From Pristiophorus japonicus (lineage: Eukaryota), in the NCBI RefSeq assembly GCF_044704955.1, contig NC_091977.1, forward strand, positions 321,160,001 through 321,224,000: a stretch of 64,000 nt of DNA. Reading direction: 5' to 3'. Made by a program: the position numbers and the translations under genes. The notes beneath the pieces are model-generated. The model was not told the DNA's origin. It saw only the letters and a program-made list of their open reading frames with translations, and did not search any database. Positions within the stretch are counted from its first letter, which is position 1; each line of letters opens with the position of its first letter. Below are positions 12,557-24,918 of this stretch, in pieces.

Positions 12557-14315
12557 AAATAAAAAGAAAAGAAAGTATTGCATATTTTTAGTGCGAGGAT
12601 ACCAATACATTGACCCCCGATGCGGTCATGGATGACAATGGCCTAACTCGGGAAAGAGTAAACGTTCAGGAGAACAATACGGAGTGATTCATAACCTGCA
12701 GCGGGGTCGGGGGGGAAAGACATAACCTAAACTAATCGGTTAATCAATTATCTCACCATTTGTTTAACAGCAGGTTTGAGACAACAGCACAATCTTAGTG
12801 TACAACATGCTGGCAGAGAAACACTATTTCTCCTGCTGGTCTGGAGGTGCCTCTCTAAATTCTTTATGAAGAAAATGTTTTAAATAATTCAGATTTCTTA
12901 TTATACATTTTCAAATTAGGAAGACACAAAAGCATTTTTATTTAGTACAAGTGAAGAGCACTGCACTAATAATTAATACTGCAGTTGTATTCTATACTCT
13001 CTGCACCCCTTAATCAAATGCGATATTCTATTTTCAGCAAAACATCAAATCTTGTGGGTACAGTGTAAGTGATGATAAACTTATACTGTTCCTCATCATC
13101 ATAGGCAGTCCCTCGGAATCAAGGAAGACTTGCTTCCACTCTTAACATGAGTTCTTAGGTGGCTGTACAGTCCAATACAAGAACCACAGTCACTGTCACA
13201 GGTGGAACAGATAGTCGTTGAGGGAAGGGGTGGGTGGGACTGGTTTGCCGCACGCTCTTTCCGCTGCCTGCGCTCGATTTCTGCACGCTCTTGGAGACAA
13301 GACTCGAGGTGCTCAGCGCCCTCCCGGATGCACTTCCTCCACTTAGGGCGGTCTTTGGCCAGGGACTCCCAGGTGTCAGTGGGGATGTTGCACTTTATCA
13401 GGGAGGCTTTGAGGGTGTCCTTGTTAAGTTTCCGCTGTCCACCTTTGGCTCGTTTGCCATGAAGGAGTGCACTTGCTTTGGGAACCTCATGTCTGGCATG
13501 CAAACTATATGGCCTACCCAGCAGAGCTGATCAAGTGTGCTCAGTGCTTCAATGCTGGGGATGTTGGCCTGGTCATGGACGCCAACGTTGGTGCGTCTGT
13601 CCTCCAGGGGATTTGTAGGATCTTGCGGAGACATCGTTGGTGGTATTTCTTCAGCGACTGGGTGTCTACTGCACAAGGTCCATGTTTCTGAGCCATACAC
13701 GAGGGCAGGTATTACTACAGCCCTGTAGACTATGAGCTTGGTGGCAGTTTTCAGGGTCTCGTCTTCAAACATTCTTTTCCTCAGGCTGGCGCACTGGAGG
13801 CAGTGTTGGATCTCGTCGTCAATGCCTGCTCTTGTTGATAGGAGGCTTCTGAGATAAGGGAAGTGGTCCACGTTGTCCAGAGCCGCGCCGTGGATCTTGA
13901 TGACTGGGGGGCAGTGCTGTGCGGTGAGGACAGGCTAATAGAGGACCTTTGTCTTACTGATTTTTAGCGCAAGGCCTATGCTTTCGTATACCTCAGTAAA
14001 TACGTCGACCATGTCCTGGAGTTCAGCCTCAGTATGTGCGCAGATGCAGGCACGCAGTCGGGGAGGAGCGGGGAGGCCAATAAAAGGCCCAGCGGCAGAG
14101 AGGAGCAGCGGCAGTGGGGGAGGACTGGCTAGCGGCAGCAGGGTCAAAAGAAAGAAAGAAGTAAAAAGTAATCGAAGTGTGACGTCACAGCCAAGAGGGT
14201 AAGTGATTGGCTGGTTGATTGGTGAGTAGTTTTCTTTTCCCTTATCTTTTTTCTTTTTCTTAGCAGTAAGAAACCTTGTCACTGTTGCTAAATTAAGTAA
14301 TTGAAGGATTCAGTC

Positions 14316-15260
14316 ATGGCAACAGAGCCCAGACCCGTGTCATGCACCTCCTGTGCTATGTGGGAAATCGGGAATACTTCCAGTGTCCCTGACTACTATG
14401 TGTGTGGGAAGTGTATCCAGCTGCAGCTCCTGACGGACTGCATTGCGGCACTGGAGCTATGCATGGACTCACTCCAAGGCATCCGCGATGCTGAGGATGT
14501 CGTGAATAGTACGTTTAGAGAGTTGGTCACACTGCAGGTAAAGGTTACACAGGCAGATAGGGAATGGGTGACCATCAAGAAGAGCAGTGGAAGGAAGGTA
14601 GTACATGGGTCCCTGTGGTCATCTCCTTCAAAACAGATATATCACCCTGGGTACTGTTGGGGGAGATGGCCAATCAAAGGAAGGCAGCAGCAGCCAAGTT
14701 CATGGCACCATGGGTGGCTCTGTTATGCAGGAGGGCAGGAAAAAGAGTGGGAGAGCTATAGTGGTAGGGGACTCTATTGTAAGGGGAATAGATAGGCGTT
14801 TCTGCGGCTGCAAATGAGACTCCAGGATGGGATGTTGCCTCCCTGGTACAAGGGTCAAGGATGTCTCGGAGCGGCTGCAGGGCATTCTGGAGGGGAAGGG
14901 TGAACAGCCACTTGTCATGATGCATAAAGGTACCAACAATATAGGTAAAATGCAGGATGAGGTCCTACAAGCTGAATTTAGGGAACTAGGAGTTAAATTA
15001 AGAAGTAGGACCTCAAAGGTAGTAATCTCAGTATTGCTACCAGTGCCACATGCTAGTCAAAGTAGAAATGGCAGGATAGTTATGATGAATACGTGATTTG
15101 AGGAATGGTGCAAGAGGGAGGGATTCAAATTTCTGGGACATTGGAACCGGTTCTGGGGGAGGTGGGACCATACAAACCGGATGGTCTGCACCTAGGCAGG
15201 ACTGGAACCAATGTCCTAGGGGGAGTGTTTGCTAGTGCTGTTGGGGAGGATTTAAACTAA
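14316..15260 (+). pseudogene. CR1 ORF1 remnant (zinc finger plus SGNH/GDSL esterase)
   Basis: CTSCAMWE..CGKC, VVGDSIVRG, HKGTNNIG, DGLH; frameshifts and stops. Confidence 0.85.
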
Positions 15261-15332
15261 TAGGGCAGGGGGGTGGGAACCTATGCAGGGAGACAGAAGG
15301 AAGTAAAATGGGGTCAGAAGCAAAAGGTATAA

Positions 15333-16090
15333 TCATATCATAGGCAGACCCTCTGAATCAAGGAGGACTTGCTTCCACTCCCACAGTGAGTTCTTTGATG
15401 GCTGAACGGTCTGATACGGGAGCCACAGTCCCTGTTACAGGTGGGACAGACATTCATCGGGGGAAGAGGTTGGTAGGGCTGGTTTGCCGTGCGCTCCTTC
15501 CGCTGCCTGCGCCTGGCATCTTCATGTTCCTTGCGACGAAACTCAAAGAGCTCAACGCCCTCCCGGATGGACTTTCTCCACCTCAGGCGGTCTGCGACCA
15601 GGGTCCCCCAGGTGTCGGTGGTGATGTCGCACTTTACCAAGGAGGCTTCGAGGGTATCCTTGAAACGTTTCCACTGTCCTCCTTTGGCTCGTTTACCATG
15701 AAGGAGCTCCGCATAAAGCATTTGCCTCGGGAGTCTCGTATCTGGCATGTGAACTATGTGGCCTGCCCAGCGAAGCTGATCAAGTGTGGTCAGTGCTTCA
15801 ATATTGGGGATGTTAGTCTGAGGACACTGCAGGATCTTATGGAGACATCGTTGGTGATATATCTCCAGCAACTTGAGGTGCCTTCTATACATCTACCATG
15901 GTTCAAACCCATACAGGAGGGCGGGTATTACTACAGCCCTGTGGACCATGAGTTTGGTGGTAGATTTGAGGGCCTGGTCTTCAAACACTCTTTTCCGCAG
16001 GCGGCCGAAGGCTGCGCTGGCGCACTGGAGGCAATGCTGAATCTCCGCATCAATGTCTGCCTTTGTTGATAAGAGGCTCCCGAGATATGG
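15333..16090 (-). mobile_element. RTE LINE 3' fragment with 16-bp TSD, inside the CR1
   Basis: 184-aa RTE C-terminal ORF; TSD gaagcaaaaggtataa at 15317-15332 and 16091-16106. Confidence 0.93.
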
Positions 16091-16217
16091 GAAGCAAAAG
16101 GTATAAAGGAGAAAAGTAAAAGTGGAGGGCAGAAAAAATCAAAGGCAAAAATCAAAAAGGGGCACATTACAACCTAATTCTAAAAAGACAAAGTGTTAAA
16201 AAACAAGCCTGAAGGCT

Positions 16218-18997
16218 GTGTGTCTCAATGCGAGGAGCATTCATAATAAGGTGGATGAATTAACTGCGCAGATAGCTGTTAACAGATATGATGTAATTGG
16301 GATTACGGAGACTTGGCTCCAGGGTGACCAAGGCTGGGAACTCAACATCCAAGGGTATTCAATATTCAGGAAAGATAGACAGAAAGAAAAAGAAGGTGGG
16401 GTAGCGTTGCTGGTTAAAGAGGAGATTAGCACAATAGTAAGGAAGGACATTAGCGTGGATGAGGTGGAATCTGTATGGGTAGAACTGCGGAATACCAGAG
16501 AGCAGAAAACGCTAGTGGGAGTTGTGTACAGACCACCAAACAGTCATAGTGATGTTGGGGATGGTATCAAACAGGAAGTTAGGGATGTGTGCAATAAAGG
16601 TATAGCAGTTATCATGGGTGACTTTAATCTACATATAGATTGGGCTAAACAAACTGGTAGCAATACGGTGGAGGAGGATTTCCTGGAGTGTATAAGGGAT
16701 GGTTTTCTAAATATGTCGAGGAACCATCAAGAGAGCTGGCCATCCTAGACTGGGTGTTGTGTAATTAGAGAGGATTAATTAGCAATCTTGTTGTGCGAGG
16801 CCCCTTGGGGAAGAGTGACCATAATATGGTAGAATTCTTCATTAAGATGGAGAGTGACATAGTTAATTGAGAAACTAGGGTCCTGAACTTAAAGAAAGGT
16901 AACTTCGATGGTATGAGACGTGGTTTGGCTAGGATAGACTGGCGAATGATACTTAAAGGGTTGACAGTGGATAGGCAATGGCAGACACTTAAAGATCACA
17001 TGGATGAACTTCAACAATTGTACATTCCTGTCTGGCGTAAAAATAAAATGGGGAAGGTGGCTCAACAGTGGCTTACAAGGGAAATTAGGGATAGTGTTAA
17101 ATCCAAGGAAGAGGCATATAAATTGGCCAAAAAGCGCAGCAAACCTGAGGACTGGGAGAAATTTAGAATTCAGCAGAGGAGGACAAAGGGTTTAATTAGG
17201 AGGGGGAAATTAGAATATGAGAGGAAGCTTGCAGGGAACATAAAAACTGACTGCAAAAGCTTCTACAGATACGTGAAGAGAAAAAGATTAGTGAAGACTA
17301 ATGTAGGTCCCTTATAGTCAGAATCAGGTGAATTTATAATGGGGAAAAAAGAAATGGGAGACCAACTGAACAAATACGTTGGTTCTGTCTTCACGAAGGA
17401 AGACACGAATAACCTTCCGGAAATACTAGGTGACCGAGGATCTAACGAGAAGGAGGAACTAAAAGGAAATCCTTATTAGTCAGCAAATTGTGTTAGGAAA
17501 ATTGATAGGATTGAAGGCCAATAAATCCCCAGGGCCTGATAGTCTGCATCCCAGAGTACTTAAGGAAGTGGCCTTAGAAATAGTGGATGCATTGGTTATC
17601 ATTTTTCAACATTCTATAGACACTGGATCAGTTCCTATGGACTGAAGGGTAGCTAATGTAACACCACTTTTTAAAAAAGGAGGGAGAGAAAACAGGGAAT
17701 TATCGACCGGTCAGCCTGACATCAGTGGTGGGGAAAATGTTGGAATCAATTATTAAAGATGTAATAGCAGCTCATTTGGAAAGCAGTGACAGGATCGGTC
17801 CAAGTCAGCATGAATTTATGAAAGGGAAATCATGGTTGACAAATCTTCTAGAATTTTTTGAGGATGTAACTAGTAGAGTGGACAAGGGGGAGCCAGTGGA
17901 TGTGGTGTATTTAGGCTTTCAAAAGGCTTTTGACAAGGTCCCACACAAGAGATTAGTGTGCAGAATTAAAGGCCATGGTATTGGGGGTAATGTACTGATG
18001 TGGATAGAGAACTGGTTGGCAGACAGGAAGCAAAGAGTAGGAATAAATGGGTCCTTTTCAGAATGGCAGGCAGTGACTAGTGGGGTACTGCAAGGTTCAG
18101 TGCTGGGACCCCAGCTATTTACAATATACATTAATGATTTAGACGAAGGAATTGAATGTAATATCTCCAAGTTTGCAGATAACACTAAGCTGGGTAGCAG
18201 TGTGAGCTGTGAGGAGGATGCTAAAAGGCTGCAGGGTGACTTGGACAGGTTAGGTGAGTGGGCAAATACATGGCAGATGCGGCATAATGTAGATAAATGT
18301 GAGGTTATCTACTTTGGTGGTAAAAACAGGAAGGCAGATTATCTGAATGGTGGCAGATTAGTAAAAGGGGAAGTGTAACGAGACCTGGGTGTTATTGTAC
18401 ATCAGACATTGAAAGTTGGCATGCAGGTACAGCAGGCGGTTAAGAAAGCAAATGGCATGTTGGCCTTCATAGCGAGAGGATTGGAGTATAGGAGCAAGGA
18501 GGTCTTGCTGCAGTTGTACAGGGCCTTGGTGAGGCCACACCTTGAATATTGTGTACAGTTTTGGTCTCCTAATCTGAGGAAGGACATTCTTGCTATTGAG
18601 GGAGTGCAGCGAAGGTTCACCAGACTGATTCCCGGGATGGCAGGACTGACATAAGAAAGACTGGACCGACTAGTCACTGGAATTTAGAAGAATGAGACGG
18701 GAGCTCATAGAAACATAAAATTCTGACGGGATTGGACAGGTTAGATGCAGGAAGAATGGTCCCGATGTTGGGGAAGTCCAGAACCAGGGGTCACAGTCTA
18801 AGGATAAGGGGTTAGCCATTTAGGACCGAGATGAGGAGAAACTTCTTCACTCAGAGAATTGTGAACTTGTGGAATTCCCTACCGCAGAAAGTTGTTGAGG
18901 CCAGTTCAGTTTTTTTATATTCAAAAGGGAGTTAGATGTGGCTGTTACGGCTAAAGAGATCAAGGGGTATGGAGAGAAAGCAGGAATGGGGTACTGA
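16218..18997 (+). pseudogene. CR1 ORF2 remnant (APE endonuclease plus reverse transcriptase)
   Basis: ORF-track pieces 16218-16748, 16913-17317, 17725-18378 and 18409-18654 are colinear with CR1 ORF2; several frameshifts and stops. Confidence 0.92.
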
Positions 18998-20267
18998 AGT
19001 TGCATGATCAGCCATGATCATACGGAATGGTGGTGCAGGCTCGAAAGGCCGAATGGCCTACTCCTGCACCTATTTTCTATGTTTCTATGTACTGTAGCTC
19101 GACAATAGAGGTTGAGATGGTCTTGCACCTGGTCTGGAGACAGCGAAGGTTGAACAGGTTCCCACTGGTTCTGTAGTTTAGTTCCACTCCAGCGGGGAGC
19201 TTGTTGACTGAGGTGGAGCATGGTAGCAAAGAAAATTGAGAAGAGGGTTGGGGCGATGACGCAGCCCTTCTTGACCTCGGTCCAGACGTGGATTGGGTCT
19301 GTGATGGATCCGTTGGTAAGGATCACGGTCTGCATGTCGTCGTGGAGCAGTCGTACGATGATGATGTACTTTTGGGGGCATCCGAAACAGAGGAGGATGC
19401 TCCATAGACCCTCGCCGTTGACAGTGTCAAAGGCCTTTGTAAGGTCAAAAGCGGCCATGTATAAGGGCTGGCGCTGTTCTCTGCATTTCTCCTGCAAAAA
19501 TCATGTCCATTGTGCCCCGTAGGGGACAAAATCTGCACTGCGACTCCGGGAGGAGCCCCTTGACCACAGGGATAAGACAGTTGAGGAGGTCCTCGCGACG
19601 ACTTTCCCAGTGGCTCATCGCAGGGAGATTCCTCTGTAGTTGCAGCAGTCGGACTTGTCCCTTTTTTTTTAAAAAGATGGTCACGATCACTGCATCTCTG
19701 AGGTCTCCCGGCATGCTCTCCTCCCTCCAGATGAGAGAGAAGAGGTAATGTATTCACGCCAACAGTGCTTCTCCATCCGCACCTGTAGCCTTGTTGTTTT
19801 TAAGCTGTCTTATGGCTTTTGTTCCACAGTGCCAGGGAAACTCAGTACTCAAAATGGTTAATCAAGAAAAGTGAAAATGGTAGCGATAAAAAATTAAATA
19901 GGTAAATAAATAAATGACACTTATTCCATATATATACTGATATCGGACTGTGTGCTGCGCCATTACTGACTCGTGCCTGTACTCTTGCTGTACCTCACGT
20001 CATCCCACAAAACAAATTATTTTATGCAACGTGCTTAGCTTGGTTGCTCCCTGGCTGATGTGTAAAAATAACAGTGCTAATGATGATTCCTCATCTTGCT
20101 GAAGAAGATGTGAGATATGGGTTTGATCGCATAATTGTGCTGCGAGAATGCTTCTGAACAAGAGCTATAATCGTAGTGCAGCCAATCCATCTCTTAACTC
20201 GCATGAAAGCAAGAAGCTACCGAGTTTCCCAAATCTACGGCGGCCAGTTCTAAATACAGCATGAAAT

Positions 20268-20903
20268 ACAACTTACATTTATATTGCGCCTTTAATGTAG
20301 TAAAACATCCCAAGGCATTTCACAGGAGCGTTATTAAACAGAATTTGACACTGAGTCACATAAGAAGATATTGGGACAGGGGACCAAAAGCTTGGTCAAA
20401 AAGGTAGGTTTTATAAAATGTCTTAAAGGAGGAGAAAGGTAGAAAGGCAGAGAGGTTTAGGGAGAGAATTCCAGATCTTAGGACCCAAGCAGCTGAAACC
20501 ACGGCGCCAATGGTGGAGTAATTAAAATCGGGGATGCGCAAGAGGCCAGAATTGGAGGGGCGCAGAGATCTTGGAGGATTGTAGGGCTGGAGGAGGTTAC
20601 AGAGATAGGGAGAGGGATTTGAAAACAAGGATGAGAATTTTAAAATCGAGTCATTGCTAAACCGGGAGCCAATGTCGGCCAGCGAGCACAGGGGTGATAG
20701 GTGAACGGGACTTGGTGCGAGTTAGGATACGGGCAGCAGAGTTTTAGATAAGCTTACATTTATAGAGGGTGGAAAATAGGAGGAGGGCCAGGAGTGCGTT
20801 AGAATAGTCAAGTCTCAAGGTGACAAAGGCACGGATGAGGGCTTCAGCAGCAGATCAGCGGGCAGAGTTGAACGATGTTAAGGAGATGGAATGAGGCGGT
20901 CTT
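20268..20903 (-). mobile_element. L2 LINE 3' fragment
   Basis: PSPYLCNLLQPYNPPRSLR..FKTFYKTYLF and L2 tail. Confidence 0.85.
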
Positions 20904-22293
20904 AAGTATATATGTAAAGCACATAGAAAAAAATCTTGATGCATTGTCGATTGTAAAGTGTACTCAGCTATACAAATAATTTGCTCAATATTCAAACTTT
21001 AAACTGCAAAGAACCTGAAAGCTTTTATTTTTGAAAGCTGACAGTTATATTTATGCAATACTTGAGTTTAATTGAAATTATGTCAAATGCAAAGAGTTAA
21101 GTAGTGATGTTGTATGATAGAGAACTAAGGATTGGTTCCCTGTTACCTTCATGCAGCAGGTATTTAATAATGGTTAGAAAATGAAGGACAGCAACCCGCT
21201 CCAAAATTCTGCACTGTGGTGATTTGAATTTGGGACAAGCACAGAGAAAGCGCCAAGCAATAAAACAGGCACATGCCCAGAAAAAATGCAAGGGCATTTT
21301 GTAAAGAAAAGTATAAATAAAATCAGACAAGTCAATCCAGGATGCTCTCGTGAACCTTATGAAACAAACAAACACCTGGGACCCAGGCAATGGTGTCTGT
21401 AAAAGAAAAACTGTCCAGATCACACATGGATCACTCCCCAATCTTATCAAAAAGGTAAAAACATAAAATAAATTTCAAGTTTGTATTTCCAGTGACCTGT
21501 GTCACTAGATCACTTCAGTTCCATTAACTAATTTCATTCATCTCCTCATGAAGCAAACCTGGATGGTATCCAGTATGTTTTCTCTTACCCTCTTACAGCC
21601 ACTTCCTCATACATTTTAATCTGTTCATCCAACCACATTTAATTTCATAGTTGTAATGACATCACAGAAAATATTACTGCACTTATCCAGTGATCAATTA
21701 GATCTATTCATGCACAAGACTAGTAACCATCTATAGTAAACTGGAGGGGGGGGGGGGGGGGGAGGGTGGCAGGAACAGCTTACAAGGGAAGCAAATACTG
21801 GTAGGTGTGTGTACTTTTTCTCAAAGTATTCCCTCGTTTTCCCAAAAGTAAAATGATTAAATCAGCAGAATTTTGTTTGACAATTTTTTGTGCCCACTGG
21901 GAGATTATCAAACGAGGTATCCCTCCCCACCAACCTGCTCTGAGGGGGCCTCACCATTGCAGAGATCATCCTTGGCAGTGCCAATGGAAAACAGTGGGGA
22001 CCACCAAGACTTCGATTTGGCCCGAGAGGAGCCCATTCACAGGGTACTTGTTGGAGGGGGTGCCGATTTATGTTGTGAGGGTTTTGTCTAAACTTTCACA
22101 AAGTTTCAATGACTGGGTTGGTAATTGGTTGGGAGGTAGGAGACAGAGAGGATAAAGGGAATGTACTCTGATTGGCGGGATGCGACAAGTGGTTCCCCGG
22201 GGATTTCTACAGTAGCGTCAGCTTTTCACCACATAAGTATATAACTTGGGTGAAGGAAGAGAGTTGTATATCCAAGTTTGCAGTTGATACTAT

Positions 22294-22701
22294 GGGCTCA
22301 ATTTTCCCCAGCGATTTACACCGTTTTTTTTGGAGCAGGCTGCTCTTCTTGGCCTAAGTTGAAAAACCACAGTTTCCCCAATCAATTGGCACCAGTGTTA
22401 GTCAGTTAGTTACGATTTTTTTAGGTCAGTTTTTTTTTCAGCTAAAGGGGGCGTAACCAGCCACCTACGCCAATTAGGGAAATTTAGCCGGCTGAATGTT
22501 ACTCCAGTTCTGCTTAGGCTAGCGTATGTGGCCTCTGCTGAAAAACCTTCCCTAGAGTTAAGGAAATCGGCGCAGGTAAGAAAATTTACGCAGCAGCTGC
22601 CCAGACACACTAAAAAAAAATTGAAAAACACACAGCAGCAACTTACCTCCAACCCTGACCGAAGTCTGTCCGACCCCATTCTCGGTCCCTGGTTCACACA
22701 C

Positions 22702-22763
<62 letters not shown>

Positions 22764-23171
22764 GAGTAGAGTAGAGTAGAGTGAGAGAAGAGTAGGAGTA
22801 GAGTAGAGTAGAGAGAGATAGGGTAGTAATAGAGTCGTCGAGGTATATTCCAACCGGGAATGGGACTGGACCGGCAAGCCTTTCGAGCGGGGTTGGAAAG
22901 TTGCTGCTATGTGTTTTTCAATTCTTTTAATGTGTTGGGAGCTGGTTGTATGCTTCAGCTCGCATTGTGTCCCTGGTTACCATGGCAGCCCGATCTTTTT
23001 GGCGCAGATCAAGGCTCCACCCCCAACACTAAAGGTCGGGTTAGGCCATGCCAAAATGAAGAAATCCAACGGGGAAACTTAGAATCTCTTTTTGGGGCGT
23101 ACTTAGGCCCCCAAAAATCGGGCGTAACTCTTCAAGTATGCCAAAAAAATGATTTGGGGAAAATTGAGCCC
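22294..23171. mobile_element. PIF/Harbinger-type MITE, 878 bp
   Basis: Perfect 17-bp TIR gggctcaattttcccca; 3-bp TSD TAT (22291-22293, 23172-23174); same terminus as the coding element at 43358. Confidence 0.93.
22707..22830 (+). repeat. (GA)26 microsatellite followed by (GTAGA)n
   Basis: Seen directly, inside the MITE. Confidence 0.95.
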
Positions 23172-23270
23172 TATGTTAGTAAGCACAGTGCGTTGCGCAG
23201 ACGAGAAGAGGGAATTACAAAAGAACAGACAGATTAAGGGAGTTGGCAAAGCTGTGATAGATGGAGTTCA

Positions 23271-24918
23271 TAAGAACATAACATAAGAATTAGGAACAGG
23301 AGTAGGCCATCTAGCCCCTCGAGCCTGCTCCGCCATTCAACAAGATCATGGCTGATCTGGCCGTGGACTCAGCTCCACTTACCCACCCGCTCCCCATAAC
23401 CCTTAATTCCCTTATTGGTTAAAAATCTATCTATCTGTGATTTGAATACATTCAATGAGCTAGCCTCAACTGCTTCCTTGGGCAGAGAATTCTACAGATT
23501 CACAACCCTCTGGGAGAAGAAATTCCTTCTCAACTCAGTTTTAAATTGGCTCCCCCGTATTTTGAGGCTGTGCCCCCTAGTTCTAGTCTCCCCGACCAGT
23601 GGAAACAACCTCTCTGCCTCTATCTTGTCTATCCCTTTCATTATTTTAAATGTTTCTATAAGATCCCCCCTCATCCTTCTGAACTCGAACGAGTAAAGAC
23701 CCAGTCTACTCAATCTATCATCGTAAGGTAACCCCCTCATCTCTGGAATCAGCCTCGTGAATCGTCTCTGTACCCCCTCTAAAGCTAGTTTATCCTTCCT
23801 TAAGTAAGATGACCAAAACTGCACACAGTACTCCAGGTGCGGCCTCACCAATATCCTATACAGTTGCAGAAGGACCTCCCTGCTTTTGTACTCCATCCCT
23901 CTCGCAATGAAGGCCAACATTCCATTCGCCTTCCTGATTACCTGTTGCACCTGCAAATTAACTTTTTGGGATTCATACACAAGGACCCCCAGGTCCCTCT
24001 GCACCGCAGCATATTGTAATTTCTCCCCATTCAAATAATATTCCCTTTTACTGTTTTTTTTTCCCCCCAAGGTGGATGACCTCACACTTTCCGACATTGT
24101 ATTCCATCTGCCAAACCTTAGCCCATTCGCTTAACCTATCTAAATCTCTTTGCAGCCTCTCTGTGTCCTCCCACTAATCTTTGTGTCATCTGCAAATTTT
24201 GTTACACTACATTCTGTTCCCTCTTCCAGGTCATCTATGTATATTGTAAACAGTTGTGGTCCCAGCACCGATCCCTGTGGCACACCACTAACCACCGATT
24301 TCCAACCCGAAAAGGACCCATTTATCCCGACTCTCTGCTTTCTGTTAGCCAGCCAATTCTCTATCCATGCTAATACATTTACACTGACTCCACGTACCTT
24401 TATCTTCTGCAGTAACCTTTTGTGTGGCACCTTATCGAATGCCTTTTGGAAATCTAAATACACCACGTCCATCAGTACACCTCTATCCACCATGCTCGTT
24501 ATATCCTCAAAGAATCCCAGTAAATTAGTTAAACATGATTTCCCCTTCATGAATCCATGCTGCGTCTGCTTGATTGCACTATTCCTATCCAGATGTCCCG
24601 CTATTTCTTCCTTAATGATAGTTTCAAGCATTTTCCCCACTACAGATGTTAAACTAACCGGCTTATAGTTACCTGCCTTTTGTCTGCCCCCTTTTTTAAA
24701 CAGAGGCGTTACATTAGCTGCTTTCCAATCCGCTGGTACCTCCCCAGAGTCCAGAGAATTTTGGTAGATTATAACGAATGCATCTGCTATAACTTCCGCC
24801 ATCTCTTTTAATACCCTGGGTTGCATTTCATCAGGACCAGGGGACTTGTCTACCTTGAGTCCCATTAGCCTGTCCGACACTACCCCCCAAGTGATAGTGA
24901 TTGTCTCAAGGTCCTCCC
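23271..24918 (-). mobile_element. CR1 LINE, 5'-truncated, relatively intact
   Basis: RT ORFs 24140-24918 and 23492-24097; taagaaca tail repeats at 23271-23290. Confidence 0.92.

Larger units (their letters stand above)
14052..19088 (+). mobile_element. Near-full-length CR1 LINE (5'UTR, ORF1, ORF2, tail), decayed
   Basis: ORF1 with CxxC..CxxC zinc motif and GDS esterase; ORF2 with APE endonuclease (CLNARS, GITETW, MGDFN, SDH) and RT; (TTTCTATG)n tail. Confidence 0.95.
13093..19819 (-). mobile_element. RTE LINE (5'-truncated), split into 13093-14051 and 19089-19819 by a CR1 insertion
   Basis: Right half EKCREQRQPLYMAAFDLTKAFDTV...VELQY; left half ACICAHTEAELQ...RWVGH; (GAT)n tail at 13093; candidate TSD tgttcc at 13087-13092 and 19820-19825. 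Confidence 0.9.
22100..23270 (+). mobile_element. Old CR1 RT fragment interrupted by a MITE
   Basis: WVGNWLGGRRQR..ISKFAVDT|MITE|..LRELAK..MEF. Confidence 0.7.
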
